Shown: positions 1-9,880, numbered from the stretch's first letter. The stretch: DNA of 64,000 bases from Bacteroidaceae bacterium (GCA_017416805.1 JAFQBB010000030.1:16341-80340); one strand, 5' to 3'. A program made the numbers and translations. The notes: generated by a model from the sequence alone, not told the origin.

Positions 1-1995
1 TGGAACAATTTCCGGACACTCCTTCTCGAAGGACTCTCGCAAGACGCGGACAGCCTTATTGTTGGGGATGTGAAACAGGCTATTTACCGTTGGCGCAATG
101 GTGATTGGAGTATCTTGAATAATGATTTGCGTAAGACTATAGGAACTTTCCCTATCGTAGAAAAGAGTCTGACCACTAATCGGCGAAGTGAGGAAGAAGT
201 TATCCTTTTCAATAATCATTTTTTTACTTCTGCTGTCCAGGAATTGAACGAGCGGCATAAGGAAGAGCAGCATACGGATTGTCACTCCTTGATTGAGGCA
301 TACGCCGATGTCTGTCAGGAGTTTCCTGACAATAAGCAAAAAGGACATGGATACGTGAAAGTGTCATTTCCCGATGGAGCAGACGGACAGAGCTATGAAG
401 AGGCCACATTGGAGGCTTTGGCCGATGAAGTGTCGGCATTGCTTGAACAGGGAGTCCGTCCCGGAGATATAGCTATTCTTGTCCGGAAGAATAAATATAT
501 ACCTTTGATTGCCGATTATTTCGAGGCGGTCCTTCCTCAGGTTACTGTCGTATCAAACGAAGCCTATCGTTTTGATGCATCGTCGGCATTGGTGACATTG
601 ATTCAATCACTTCGTGTCTTGGCTCGCCCTGACGATATGATAGCACGGGCTCATTTGGCAGCTCTTTGTCATACCGGTGAGGAACCGTTTCAGTGGAACC
701 GTCATGATATCTCATCTTCTGACAAACTTCTTCCTGCTGGATTCATTGACGGCATAGAACAGTTACGCCTTCTTCCGCTATATGAATTGTTGGAACGTCT
801 GGTTGCCTTGTTCGGGCTTCACCGGTTGAAAGGGCAAGAAGCTTATCTGCTCGCCTTTTTTGATGCTGTTGCCGAATATCTGAAGCTTGGGTCGGCAGAT
901 TATGACAGCTTCCTTCATTATTGGGACGAACGTTTGTGCTCCAAAACGATTCCTGCAGGAAACGTTGATGGATTACATATCTATTCTATACATAACTCCA
1001 AGGGATTGGAGTTTCACACGGTTCTTGTTCCTTTCTGTTGTTGGAACATGGAGAATGAAAAGACTGTGCAGAGTGTCTGGTGTACGGCACCGGAACAACC
1101 TTATGACCACGTGGACCTTCTTCCTATCCGTTATGGTAAGAGTATGGATAAGTCTGTTTATCATGATGCGTTCTTGAAGGAACGTCTGGAGTTGTGGGTT
1201 GACAATCTGAATATACTTTACGTGGCGTTTACCCGTGCTACGGCCAATCTTATCGTCATGGGGCGTAGGAAAGAACGTGGGTTTGGCATATCCACGCTGA
1301 TGCAGGCTGCGTTGGGGAGAATGGCAGGCCAATACGATGCCGATACTCCGTATGAACAAGGATGTATGGCAGTTCCGAAACAAAAGGAAGAGCGTACGGT
1401 CACTAACCTGTTGCAGCAGCAAGCTGTCAACCTGCCCGTACGTTTTGAGAGTTATGGACGCACGTTGGAGTTTCGTCAAAGTAACAGTTCGGCAGCATTT
1501 GTTTCGGACGAGGCTGATGGGGATGAAGGTGGCAATCGGGAGCAACTGTATCTCAGCCGGGGGCGTTTGCTTCATCACATAATTGCAGCTATCCGCACAG
1601 CCGATGATGTTGGACCAATCCTGCAACGTATGGAGATGGAAGGTCTTTTCAATAGCCAACTTCCTGTGGATGATGTGCGCAGTATTATAGCCCGTGTTCT
1701 TGGACACCCTCAAGGTGCCGATTGGTTTACTGCCAAATGGAGATTGTTCAACGAATGTGCCATCATTTGTCGGGATGAGGTGGGGAAGACAGTCCTGCGC
1801 CGTCCCGACCGTGTCATGACGGATGCTGATGGAAAACAGGTCATTGTCGTCGATTTCAAATTTGGAAAACCACGTCCCCAATACACTGATCAGGTACAAG
1901 AATATATGCAGCTGCTTTCCCGCATGGGATATTCTCAAGTCAAGGGCTATCTGTGGTACGTCTATTCAGGCAGAATCGAAGAGGTATTTGTGTGA
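1..1995 (+). CDS. UvrD/AddA-type helicase with C-terminal PD-(D/E)XK nuclease domain; the 5' end lies outside the window
   Basis: Frame 1 is open from base 1, with no stop before the track ORF at 70. Motifs present: VGDVKQAIYRWRNGDW, SIHNSKGLEFHTVLV and LYVAFTRA (UvrD-like helicase C-terminal motifs), and VVDFKFGK near the C-terminus (nuclease D/ExK). Confidence 0.8.
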   Translation, partial: WNNFRTLLLEGLSQDADSLIVGDVKQAIYRWRNGDWSILNNDLRKTIGTFPIVEKSLTTNRRSEEEVILFNNHFFTSAVQELNERHKEEQHTDCHSLIEAYADVCQEFPDNKQKGHGYVKVSFPDGADGQSYEEATLEALADEVSALLEQGVRPGDIAILVRKNKYIPLIADYFEAVLPQVTVVSNEAYRFDASSALVTLIQSLRVLARPDDMIARAHLAALCHTGEEPFQWNRHDISSSDKLLPAGFIDGIEQLRLLPLYELLERLVALFGLHRLKGQEAYLLAFFDAVAEYLKLGSADYDSFLHYWDERLCSKTIPAGNVDGLHIYSIHNSKGLEFHTVLVPFCCWNMENEKTVQSVWCTAPEQPYDHVDLLPIRYGKSMDKSVYHDAFLKERLELWVDNLNILYVAFTRATANLIVMGRRKERGFGISTLMQAALGRMAGQYDADTPYEQGCMAVPKQKEERTVTNLLQQQAVNLPVRFESYGRTLEFRQSNSSAAFVSDEADGDEGGNREQLYLSRGRLLHHIIAAIRTADDVGPILQRMEMEGLFNSQLPVDDVRSIIARVLGHPQGADWFTAKWRLFNECAIICRDEVGKTVLRRPDRVMTDADGKQVIVVDFKFGKPRPQYTDQVQEYMQLLSRMGYSQVKGYLWYVYSGRIEEVFV

Positions 1996-2382
1996 AAGAG
2001 AAACTTTATTCGGTCATTTATGTGGCATTTTGTCACCTCGCTTCTCCTCGTTAAAAGGTCAATTCTTGCATAATTATACAGAAGTTTATTCTGTTCTTGC
2101 AAGAATATACGGAAAAAGACGGTTTCTGAGCTTCTTGTTCTCGTTGAAATAGCCTTAAAAGAGACTGAAAAATGGAACAAATAGGGGCTGGAGATGACAA
2201 ATTCCTTGCCAATGTGTGGCCAATGTTCTATGAAAGAGAAAAAATGCGCCTTGCTTTTTTTCAGATGCGCCTTACTGTTGGTGCAAATGTGACTTGCTTT
2301 TCAAAATATGTAAGCCGCATTTGGGAAAAAGTAAGGCGCATTTTGACAAGTGTGCCTGACACAGGCTATAATCTATTCGTAT

Positions 2383-2414
2383 CATCTGCGATATCTGCGT
2401 CATCTGCGGATGAA
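2383..2414. repeat. Solo arm of the CATCTGCGT-word hairpin family
   Basis: CATCTGCGATATCTGCGTCATCTGCGGATGAA is nearly identical to the right arm at 2767-2797. Confidence 0.8.
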
Positions 2415-2700
2415 AAATTCAATTCTACATTTTTTAGGCGGCAATATTTTCAGGTGAAATCCCTCGTATCGTATAGTAAATCAGTACGATATGTGAATTT
2501 TAGGTCGATAAGAATCGCGTATTCCCATCCGCTTTTCTTTTCGGACGGAAATACGCGATTCCCGTGAAGCGAATATACAATTTGACAAAATGTCAAAAAG
2601 GCAGGTGCATTGTTCTATTGCTTTTTATTGTTCTCCTCCTTAATCTTTCCGGGGAAGATAAAAAAACTGAAGCTGTGTCAAAAATGCCACCATTTAATTC

Positions 2701-2797
2701 TTCATCCGCAGATTGCGCAGATGACGCAGATAAATTATAACCTATCGGGTATAATAGGAAGGAATAATCTGCGTCATCTGCGTCATCTGCGGATGAA
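2701..2797. repeat. Long hairpin with 31 bp arms built from CATCTGCGT words
   Basis: TTCATCCGCAGATTGCGCAGATGACGCAGAT (2701-2731) against ATCTGCGTCATCTGCGTCATCTGCGGATGAA (2767-2797), with 2 mismatches and a 35 nt loop. Confidence 0.9.
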
Positions 2798-3048
2798 AAG
2801 TGAATTATGACACAGTCCCCTTGTTGGTGTCCGAAAATGTGATGCTGACATATCCCCGGAGGCTTACCCCGAACCTCCCTTAAATACCTTACTTACTCCC
2901 CCCGGAACAGATGATTCTTTCATAATTATGGTATATTTTTTGTTATAGACGGATGCATATGTAATGGATTTCTTTTGAATACGTCTCTTTTTTTGCCGAT
3001 AAATATCTCAATAGGTAAAACCTTTGTGTATGTTCCTTTAAAAATGTG

Positions 3049-3056
3049 TACCTTTG
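3049..3056 (+). promoter_or_regulatory. Bacteroidetes-type -7 box TACCTTTG, with TTTG at 3023-3026 as a -33 element, upstream of the GH8 gene
   Basis: Matches the TAnnTTTG consensus 28 nt upstream of the ATG at 3084. A TTTG lies 22 nt upstream of the box. Confidence 0.5.
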
Positions 3057-3083
3057 TGAAGTGTTTTTTTATCAGATAAAGAT

Positions 3084-4361
3084 ATGATCCTTCAATCAAC
3101 CCTTCGTCAATGCGTCTCCCTGTGGGCGCTGATGGCCGTGGTGGGCATGACTACCCTTGCTTCGTGTTGTGAGAAACAAGTGACCGGTGAGCCGAATCCT
3201 AATAACCTGTTCGCTTCGCTGTTGGGCAAGAGCGAAGTCGAGGTGCAGGCGCGTATGGACAGTCTGTGGAACCATTTTTTCACTCCTGGTGACTTGAGCC
3301 GCTACGAGGCCGATGGTGAAACCTCCGTCTATTACGAAGTGGGTGATTCGATGGGCATCATCCTCGACACGGGCAATAACGATGTACGTTCAGAGGGCAT
3401 GTCATACGGCATGATGATAAGCGTGCAACTGGACAAACGCGATGTGTTTGACCGCCTGTGGCGTTGGGCTAAGCATTATATGGCCTATCCGGTCGGTAGC
3501 GATTGGGACGGATACTTCTGCTGGCAATGCGGCATTGACGGTTCACAGATAGGTACCAGTAATGCTTCGGATGGAGAGATATACTTTGCCACCGCACTCT
3601 ATATCGCTGCCGAGAAGTGGAGTGAACCGCGCTATGCCCGTGAGGCAGACGAACTGTTGCGCAAAGCCCAGTCTAAGGATGGTCTGCGGACAGGTGTCTA
3701 TAACCTCTATGATGTAGAGACAAAGCTCGTCACCTTCGTTCCCAACGAAGAGGTGCATTGGTATAGCGATCCTTCGTATTGTCTGCCTGCTTTCCTGGAG
3801 TTATGGGCAGAGAGAGCCGATATGAACAATGCCTTTTGGCGTGAAGCGGCCGATCGTGCCCGTTGGTTGCTCTTTGCTTCGGCAGACTCAGTGACCGGTC
3901 TTTTCCCCGATTATTGCCTATTTGACGGTACGCCCTACGAGCGTCCGGAGTTTTTCTATAACACCTCCCGTTACCAGTACGATGCCATCCGTTGTGCCAT
4001 GAATGTAGGTATGGACTATTACCTCACCGGAAAGGACAAGGAGCGTCAGCGTACCATGATGCGCCGGCTCCTCAGCTTCTTCAAAAACGACAGTTTCCGT
4101 CATGGGCAGTTCAATCTCGACGGTTCGGGAGCCGCCGATGTATATACCGAGGGGATGGCCGGAGCCAATGCCGTGGGAGCCTTCGCTTTAGCCGACAGCC
4201 CGTGTGAGGAGGACAGAGCCTTGGCCCGCGAATATGTGCAACGTCTTTGGGATGTCCGTCCACCCACCGGCAAGTGGCGCTATTATGTCGGCATGGTCTA
4301 TTTCCTCTCCAACCTCCATGTGGCGGGAGAGTTTGAAATGAATGGCCGCATCTTGAAATGA
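3084..4361 (+). CDS. Glycoside hydrolase family 8 lipoprotein, probably a reducing-end xylose-releasing exo-oligoxylanase
   Basis: Signal peptide with lipobox (TLASCC). GH8 signature-like ASDGEIYFATALYIAAEKW and GMSYGMMISV. Lies next to the GH67/GH43 xylan genes. Confidence 0.8.
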   Translation: MILQSTLRQCVSLWALMAVVGMTTLASCCEKQVTGEPNPNNLFASLLGKSEVEVQARMDSLWNHFFTPGDLSRYEADGETSVYYEVGDSMGIILDTGNNDVRSEGMSYGMMISVQLDKRDVFDRLWRWAKHYMAYPVGSDWDGYFCWQCGIDGSQIGTSNASDGEIYFATALYIAAEKWSEPRYAREADELLRKAQSKDGLRTGVYNLYDVETKLVTFVPNEEVHWYSDPSYCLPAFLELWAERADMNNAFWREAADRARWLLFASADSVTGLFPDYCLFDGTPYERPEFFYNTSRYQYDAIRCAMNVGMDYYLTGKDKERQRTMMRRLLSFFKNDSFRHGQFNLDGSGAADVYTEGMAGANAVGAFALADSPCEEDRALAREYVQRLWDVRPPTGKWRYYVGMVYFLSNLHVAGEFEMNGRILK

Positions 4362-4682
4362 TACCATTAATGATCAACGTCTCAACGTCATAACGAATAA
4401 ATGAGCAATATTATGCTAACGTCGCATAGGGCTGTGCGATTAGTCGTGTGGAGCGGAGACATTAGTGTCATTGCAGGTTGCGAATAATGTCTTATTTTTA
4501 CTCTGTCAGGTGCTCCTAAAAATGTAGCTGGCTGCATCGGGCAATGCAGTCAACTGTGTGGCCTAATCCAACTGACTGTGTAAGCCGATGCAGCAGGCTG
4601 TGTGAAAAAGGAAAGTGTGTCAAAACAAATTTAGGCACGGATTTGTGCCTAAATTTGTTTTTGTTGTTTTTTGTCAGTTCCA

Positions 4683-6623
4683 TTATTCTTGGATGAAACT
4701 GCGGAAGTATTTGGTGCAGACCTCTTGCCATTCGCGGGCATCGATGAGTTGGGTGGTGAGGCGGTCGTTCACCTCCTGCCAACGTTGGGCATCGATGTAT
4801 GGTTTGGCCTGTTGCCATGTGGCGATGAAGTCTATCACCTCGTTGACTCCACGCTGATAGCGGAAATCCAATTCGTCGAAGAGTGTACGGCCACTCTTCA
4901 TCTTATGCGTCCAGGGCACGTGGTGGAACCAGAGGAGGTACTCCTCGGGACAAGTGGACAAATCGTTATACAAAGTGCGATATGGTTCGGGATATTGCAA
5001 CGTGGCACCACTGCCTTGTGAGGTGCGGTCGAAGCCTACGCCTTGTTTGTCAGCTCTATGGTAATAGACGGGACACCATTCGAGCGGATAGCTGGCAATG
5101 AAACCGTCGGGTTGGGGGCCGTAGTGGTGATCAAACTTGAATATATGATGCAGGCCGATGGGCATCATGTAGTCCACACAGGCTTCGCGGCTACGGAGCA
5201 TCATGTCGATCAGTGACGCATAGACATCCTTGAAGGGAGTACGTCTGATACGTCTTTGCTGGCTGCCGTTTTCTTTGCGGAATCGTCTTTCGTTTCCTTT
5301 TACCTCTTCACCCTTCACACTTAATTTCTCGTTTACGAAGCTCAGCTTCAACCACTCGTCGGCAATCTGTTTGGAGGGCATCTTGGGATTCCAGGCCAGA
5401 CGTCCGAAAGCATACCAGTTGGCTTGTGCAAAATGGTGTCCGCACCAGTTGGTGTCGAGCCCGATGTTGGCCACTCCGGCAATGCCCTTCAGTTTGGAAG
5501 GGGCAACAAATGAGAAGAACTCTTCCCACATGGGAGCCAAGAAGACTAATTGTTGGCTGTGTCCCAAGTACTCTTGGGTAATCTGTAACTCGGCCATCTG
5601 GTGGGTATTCTTCATCTGATCGAAGATGGGAGCGTATGGCTCGCGGGGTTGGAAGTCGAGCGGACCATTCTTGGATTGGAGGATGACATTGTCGCGGAAC
5701 TCGCCATCGTGGGGTTTGAATTCGGACACAGCCTGCATCACACGGTCTTCATCCTTGTGCTTGGCCCCATAGACAAAGCTGCGCCACATGACGATACCTC
5801 CGTGGGGCTTCAATGCATCGGCCAGCATGTTGGCACCATCGGCATGGGTACGTCCGTAGTCGAATGGGCCAGGCTGTCCTTCGGAGTTGGCTTTCACGAG
5901 GAATCCGCCAAAGTCGGGGATAACCTTGTAAATATCGGCTACCTTCTGTTTCCACCAACGGCGTACTTTCTTGTTCAGTGGGTCTGCCGTATCTAGGTCG
6001 CCTAAAGCCTTAGGCGATCCGAAGTTGACAGAGATATAGACCCGTATGCCCCAGGGGCGAAGGAGGTCGGCAATCTCGCGTACCTTATTTATATATAAGG
6101 CTGTCAGCATCTTGGGCGAAGCATTCACGTTGTTGAGCACTGTGCCGTTGATACCAATGGAGGCATTGGCCATGGCGTAGGTCTCTATCAGGTGCGGGTC
6201 AATCTCCAGACGGTCGTTCCAGAAGATACTCTCGCCGGCATAGCCACGTTCGATGGATCCGTCGAGATTGTCCCAGTGATTGAGCAGGCGCAGGCCGAAG
6301 TAGGGAGCAGAACTTCCGCTCTCGCCACGTAGCAGGGCAAAGGCACCGTAGAGGAGTCCTGCTTCAGTGCGGGCACTGATTGTGGCCTTCTCTTTGTCAC
6401 CGGAGATGGTATATCCGTCGTTATCAGGCATGCTGGTATCGAGATTCAGCGCCACTTGCTTGCCGTCATAGTATAGTTCAAGAACTTCCGAAGCTTTGCC
6501 TTCGGCACCTGTCACCTGGGCGGTACGCAGGGTGTCATAGCGCAACCAAAGTCTGCTGCCATCCTCGGCCATAGCTATGAGGACGGTCAGCAGACCTATT
6601 ATTATGAAGAAAAGTTTTTTCAT
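4683..6623 (-). CDS. aguA: Alpha-glucuronidase, glycoside hydrolase family 67
   Basis: 646 aa with an N-terminal signal peptide. Conserved GH67 blocks RLLNHWDNLDGSIERGYAG and KANSEGQPGP. Xylan-cluster context. Confidence 0.85.
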   Translation of the reverse strand: MKKLFFIIIGLLTVLIAMAEDGSRLWLRYDTLRTAQVTGAEGKASEVLELYYDGKQVALNLDTSMPDNDGYTISGDKEKATISARTEAGLLYGAFALLRGESGSSAPYFGLRLLNHWDNLDGSIERGYAGESIFWNDRLEIDPHLIETYAMANASIGINGTVLNNVNASPKMLTALYINKVREIADLLRPWGIRVYISVNFGSPKALGDLDTADPLNKKVRRWWKQKVADIYKVIPDFGGFLVKANSEGQPGPFDYGRTHADGANMLADALKPHGGIVMWRSFVYGAKHKDEDRVMQAVSEFKPHDGEFRDNVILQSKNGPLDFQPREPYAPIFDQMKNTHQMAELQITQEYLGHSQQLVFLAPMWEEFFSFVAPSKLKGIAGVANIGLDTNWCGHHFAQANWYAFGRLAWNPKMPSKQIADEWLKLSFVNEKLSVKGEEVKGNERRFRKENGSQQRRIRRTPFKDVYASLIDMMLRSREACVDYMMPIGLHHIFKFDHHYGPQPDGFIASYPLEWCPVYYHRADKQGVGFDRTSQGSGATLQYPEPYRTLYNDLSTCPEEYLLWFHHVPWTHKMKSGRTLFDELDFRYQRGVNEVIDFIATWQQAKPYIDAQRWQEVNDRLTTQLIDAREWQEVCTKYFRSFIQE

Positions 6624-6640
6624 TGTTCTATTAGTTTTTT

Positions 6641-6766
6641 AGCTACTAGTGACTAGCTACTAGCTACAAGTTACTAGTAAGCCATGCGGCACGCCACTTA
6701 TTGCTCATCATTCATCACTCGTAGCTTGTAGCTCATCACTCGTAGCTTGTAGCTCATCACTCATCA
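6641..6766. repeat. AGCTACAAG/CTCGTAGCT-word hairpin element filling the GH67-SGNH gap
   Basis: The left side is CTAGCTACTAGCTACAAG-type words. The right side is two 21 bp tandem units GTAGCTTGTAGCTCATCACTC. It runs into the stop codon at 6764. Confidence 0.8.
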
Positions 6767-7978
6767 CTTTGTAAAAAGATTGAGGTCAACTATGTTGCCC
6801 ATAGCCTCGTAACCCTTGGCATTGGGGTGGAGATAATCGTTTTCGAAGAGGAATTCAGGATTCATGCTGAGGGTGTCTTGTGGGTCGCGTACAGCATGCT
6901 CCATCTCGATGACACCATCCAGCAGGGGGGTGGTGCGCATCCAACTGTTCAGGTGCTGGCGTCCGGCTTCGTGGTCTTCGGTGTAATAACCATTGTTCTT
7001 GAATGGGGTGATAGTGCCACCGAATACATGGATTCCCTTAGCATGGGCCTCGTTGATAATCTTTGTGTAGAGGTCGATGATGGCATTGGCTGACCACATT
7101 CCGTCGCGTGCCCAACCCAAGTCGTTGACAGCTTCGAAGAGGATAATCCATTTCACACCAGGTTGTTCCAACAGGTCTGCCGTATAGCGGTCCTTACCGG
7201 CGGGGCCAAGGCCACCGCCTAACATGCAGTTGCCACCGATACCCATGTTGAGTACAGCCACGTTCTTGGTGGCCTCGTTGGCCAACAGACGGTCAGAGAG
7301 GATGTCCGGCCAGCGGTTCTGATGGTTGGTGGTCGAACCGCGTCCATCTGTGATGGAGTTGCCCAAGATGGCTACAGCACCTGTCTCCAGACTTGCCAAT
7401 ACGTCAATACCCCGGATGTTGTACCAGTGCTCGGTGCGTATGGCATTGCTAAAATCACAGGTATTGCCTGTGGCCAGATAGGAGGTGGTACGTGAACTGG
7501 GATGACCTGTCACGCTGGTGGATGAGGCATGACCGTAGTGGATGGTGATGGCTACACTCTGGCGGGGACTCATCGGGAACTTGATGGGGTCAGAGGTAGC
7601 TGTTGCACCAGCAGTCATGGTGACACCCGGCTTGCCGTCAAAGGTGAGGCTGACAGTGGTGTTCTCGTCAATCTCATAGCTGGCACCTTCAGTCTTGGCG
7701 TGGGCCATCTCGATGGCCAGTATTTCGGTTGAGTCGGTGCTGAACTCGTTGGAGAGTCTCAGGCGGGCAGTCTCGCCACCGATGGATACTTGTACAATTT
7801 GGCGGAAAGAGTTTCCTTCCAGTCCTGGTGCGGGCGGATTGTTGTGAGGTTCCACCAGTTGGCGGGCTGCTCCCCATGTGCCCACCCAATGGGTAGGAGT
7901 GGATTCTGTACATGATGTGATGGCGAGGAGAGCCAGCAACGCTCCTGTCCATTGTATGTTCTTGAAAATCTTGTTCAT
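6764..7978 (-). CDS. SGNH/GDSL-family hydrolase lipoprotein, probable acetyl(xylan) esterase; paralog 1
   Basis: Lipobox LAITSC. SGNH blocks: ILGNSITDGRGS (I), NMGIGGN (II), FEAVNDL (III) and DYLHPN (V). Confidence 0.8.
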   Translation of the reverse strand: MNKIFKNIQWTGALLALLAITSCTESTPTHWVGTWGAARQLVEPHNNPPAPGLEGNSFRQIVQVSIGGETARLRLSNEFSTDSTEILAIEMAHAKTEGASYEIDENTTVSLTFDGKPGVTMTAGATATSDPIKFPMSPRQSVAITIHYGHASSTSVTGHPSSRTTSYLATGNTCDFSNAIRTEHWYNIRGIDVLASLETGAVAILGNSITDGRGSTTNHQNRWPDILSDRLLANEATKNVAVLNMGIGGNCMLGGGLGPAGKDRYTADLLEQPGVKWIILFEAVNDLGWARDGMWSANAIIDLYTKIINEAHAKGIHVFGGTITPFKNNGYYTEDHEAGRQHLNSWMRTTPLLDGVIEMEHAVRDPQDTLSMNPEFLFENDYLHPNAKGYEAMGNIVDLNLFTK

Positions 7979-7988
7979 ATCAGTTCTG

Positions 7989-9854
7989 TCATTTGATGAT
8001 AACTTTTTCGCTTTTCCGTTGCCCGTCGGCCAACAAAGTCTGGCGGATATAGATGCCTGACTGGGGAACCTGAGTCTTCACACCATTCAGATTGTAATAG
8101 GCACTTTGTATAGCTTTTACATGACTATCCGCGTGGTGGATGGCATTGGGCTTATCAGCGCTTCCGCCCATACCCATGGGAGCGGTGGTACTGGTGGTGA
8201 TGAAGAGTTTGTCCATCATGGCCCCATCCTCGCGACATCCGATGGTGAAGATGTGTTCGCCGGTTGTCAGATTACCCGTGAATATACTTTTCCACTCCCA
8301 CATGTTTCCGCATTGGAGACCGTTTGCGAATGAAAAATTTCCATTGTCCATCTTTGTCCAATAGCTGTCATCGTCCCAGGTAGGGCATTGTACACGGGCA
8401 TAGATGTTATAGGTCCCTGCTGTCTCGATATTGAAACGTACCGCCAACAGATCGGCACTGTCGGCTGGAGCACCACTGGTGATGTTTTTCTCGGAATAGA
8501 GGTAGCTTCCTTTGGAGGCGGCAAGGTCGTCCTTCTTCACAAAACCGTATCCGCAGGTGGGGGTGACAAGGTCCTCGGCTTCTATCCATTGGCCAACGAG
8601 TCCTTCGTCATCGTCCTCCTCATCTTCTCCCAACGGTTTGTCGGTAGTGAAGAGGCTGAGGTCAACAATGTTTCCCATGGCCTCGTAACCCTTAGCATTG
8701 GGGTGGAGGTAGTCATTCTCGAAAAGATACTCTTTGTTCATGCAGATGGTATCCTGCGGGTCGCGTACGGCATGTTCAAATTCAATCACACCGTCCAGCA
8801 TCTTGGTCGTACGCATCCATGAGTTGAGGCGTTGGCGGCCCTTTTCATGATCCTCGCTGTAGTAGCCGTTGTTCTTGAACGGGGTGATAGTACCGCCGAA
8901 TACATAGATTCCCTTGGCATGGGCTTCGCGTATAATCTGCTTATAGACTTCGATGATGTTGTTGGCCGTCTGCATACCGTTGCGGCTGCCGCCGAGGTCG
9001 TTCACGGCTTCGAATAGGATAATCCATTTCACACCAGCCTGCTCCAACAGGTCACGACGATAGCGGCTGCTACCTGTGGGGCCGAGGCCACCAGAAAGCA
9101 TACAGTTACCACCAATACCCATATTGAGCACTGCCACATTCTTGGTTGCTTCATTAGCCAACAGCCGGCGTGAGAGAACATCGGCCCAACGGTTCTGTTG
9201 GTTGGTGGTCGAACCACGTCCGTCGGTGATGGAGTTACCCAAGATGGCTACAGCACCAGCTTCGGCATCGGCCAACACATCGATGCCCTTGATGTTGTAC
9301 CAATGGTCGGTGCGGGTGGCATTGCTGAAGTCGTTGGTATTTCCTGTTGCAATGTACGAGGTGGTGCGTGAGCCCGGATGGCCTGATACGCTCGTAGATG
9401 AGGCATTGCCGTAGTGGATGGTGATGGCCACATTCTGGCGGGGTCCCATGGGGAACTTCACCGGATCAGAAATGGCGGTAGTACCTGCTGCCATCGTCAC
9501 ACCAGGTTTGCCGTCAAAGGTGAGGCTGACAGTTGTCGTTTCGTCAATTTCGCTACTACTGCCTGCCGTCTTGGCATGAGCCAACTCTACGGCCAGAATT
9601 TCGGTCGTGGCATTGCTGAACTCGTTGGTCAGTTGCAGGCGGGCAGTTTCGCCACCGATGGATACTTGTACTATTTGGCGGAAGGAGTTGTTGCCCAATC
9701 CTGGAGAGGGTGGATTGTTGTGCGACTCGGCCAACTGTCCGGCCGTTCCCCATGTGCCTACCCAATGTTCTTGGGCAGAGAGGGTGCATGAAGTGAATGC
9801 CAGGAACAAAAGGAGAGTTCCTATGGATTTGAAGTTTTGAACGGATTTATTCAT
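7989..9854 (-). CDS. SGNH/GDSL-family hydrolase paralog 2 with an added C-terminal carbohydrate-binding-like module and a T9SS C-terminal sorting domain
   Basis: The first ~400 aa are about four-fifths identical by eye to the 6764-7978 product, with the same SGNH blocks. An acidic linker (EDEEDDDEG) and a beta-sandwich-like module follow. The tail YYNLNGVKTQVPQSGIYIRQ...KVIIK is typical of T9SS CTDs. Confidence 0.8.
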   Translation of the reverse strand: MNKSVQNFKSIGTLLLFLAFTSCTLSAQEHWVGTWGTAGQLAESHNNPPSPGLGNNSFRQIVQVSIGGETARLQLTNEFSNATTEILAVELAHAKTAGSSSEIDETTTVSLTFDGKPGVTMAAGTTAISDPVKFPMGPRQNVAITIHYGNASSTSVSGHPGSRTTSYIATGNTNDFSNATRTDHWYNIKGIDVLADAEAGAVAILGNSITDGRGSTTNQQNRWADVLSRRLLANEATKNVAVLNMGIGGNCMLSGGLGPTGSSRYRRDLLEQAGVKWIILFEAVNDLGGSRNGMQTANNIIEVYKQIIREAHAKGIYVFGGTITPFKNNGYYSEDHEKGRQRLNSWMRTTKMLDGVIEFEHAVRDPQDTICMNKEYLFENDYLHPNAKGYEAMGNIVDLSLFTTDKPLGEDEEDDDEGLVGQWIEAEDLVTPTCGYGFVKKDDLAASKGSYLYSEKNITSGAPADSADLLAVRFNIETAGTYNIYARVQCPTWDDDSYWTKMDNGNFSFANGLQCGNMWEWKSIFTGNLTTGEHIFTIGCREDGAMMDKLFITTSTTAPMGMGGSADKPNAIHHADSHVKAIQSAYYNLNGVKTQVPQSGIYIRQTLLADGQRKSEKVIIK

Positions 9855-9880
9855 AGATATAATGTGTCTTATTATAACGA

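Noticed and set aside
973-1938. Long antisense ORFs overlapping well-supported genes: 973-1938, 10253-11068, 17360-18502, 20816-21817, 33036-33731, 42569-43174, 45658-46506, 49308-49814, 50753-51265, 55010-55516 and 60380-61729.
   Set aside because: Each lies fully inside a gene with clear family motifs on the other strand. Their translations are low-complexity or lack any recognisable motif. They are typical shadow ORFs.
2172-2810. Track ORFs 2172-2567 and 2610-2810 as small proteins.
   Set aside because: The sequences are translations of hairpin and word repeats (for example ISASSADEK and HLRHLRHLRMK). They have no start context, no motifs, and overlap inverted repeats.
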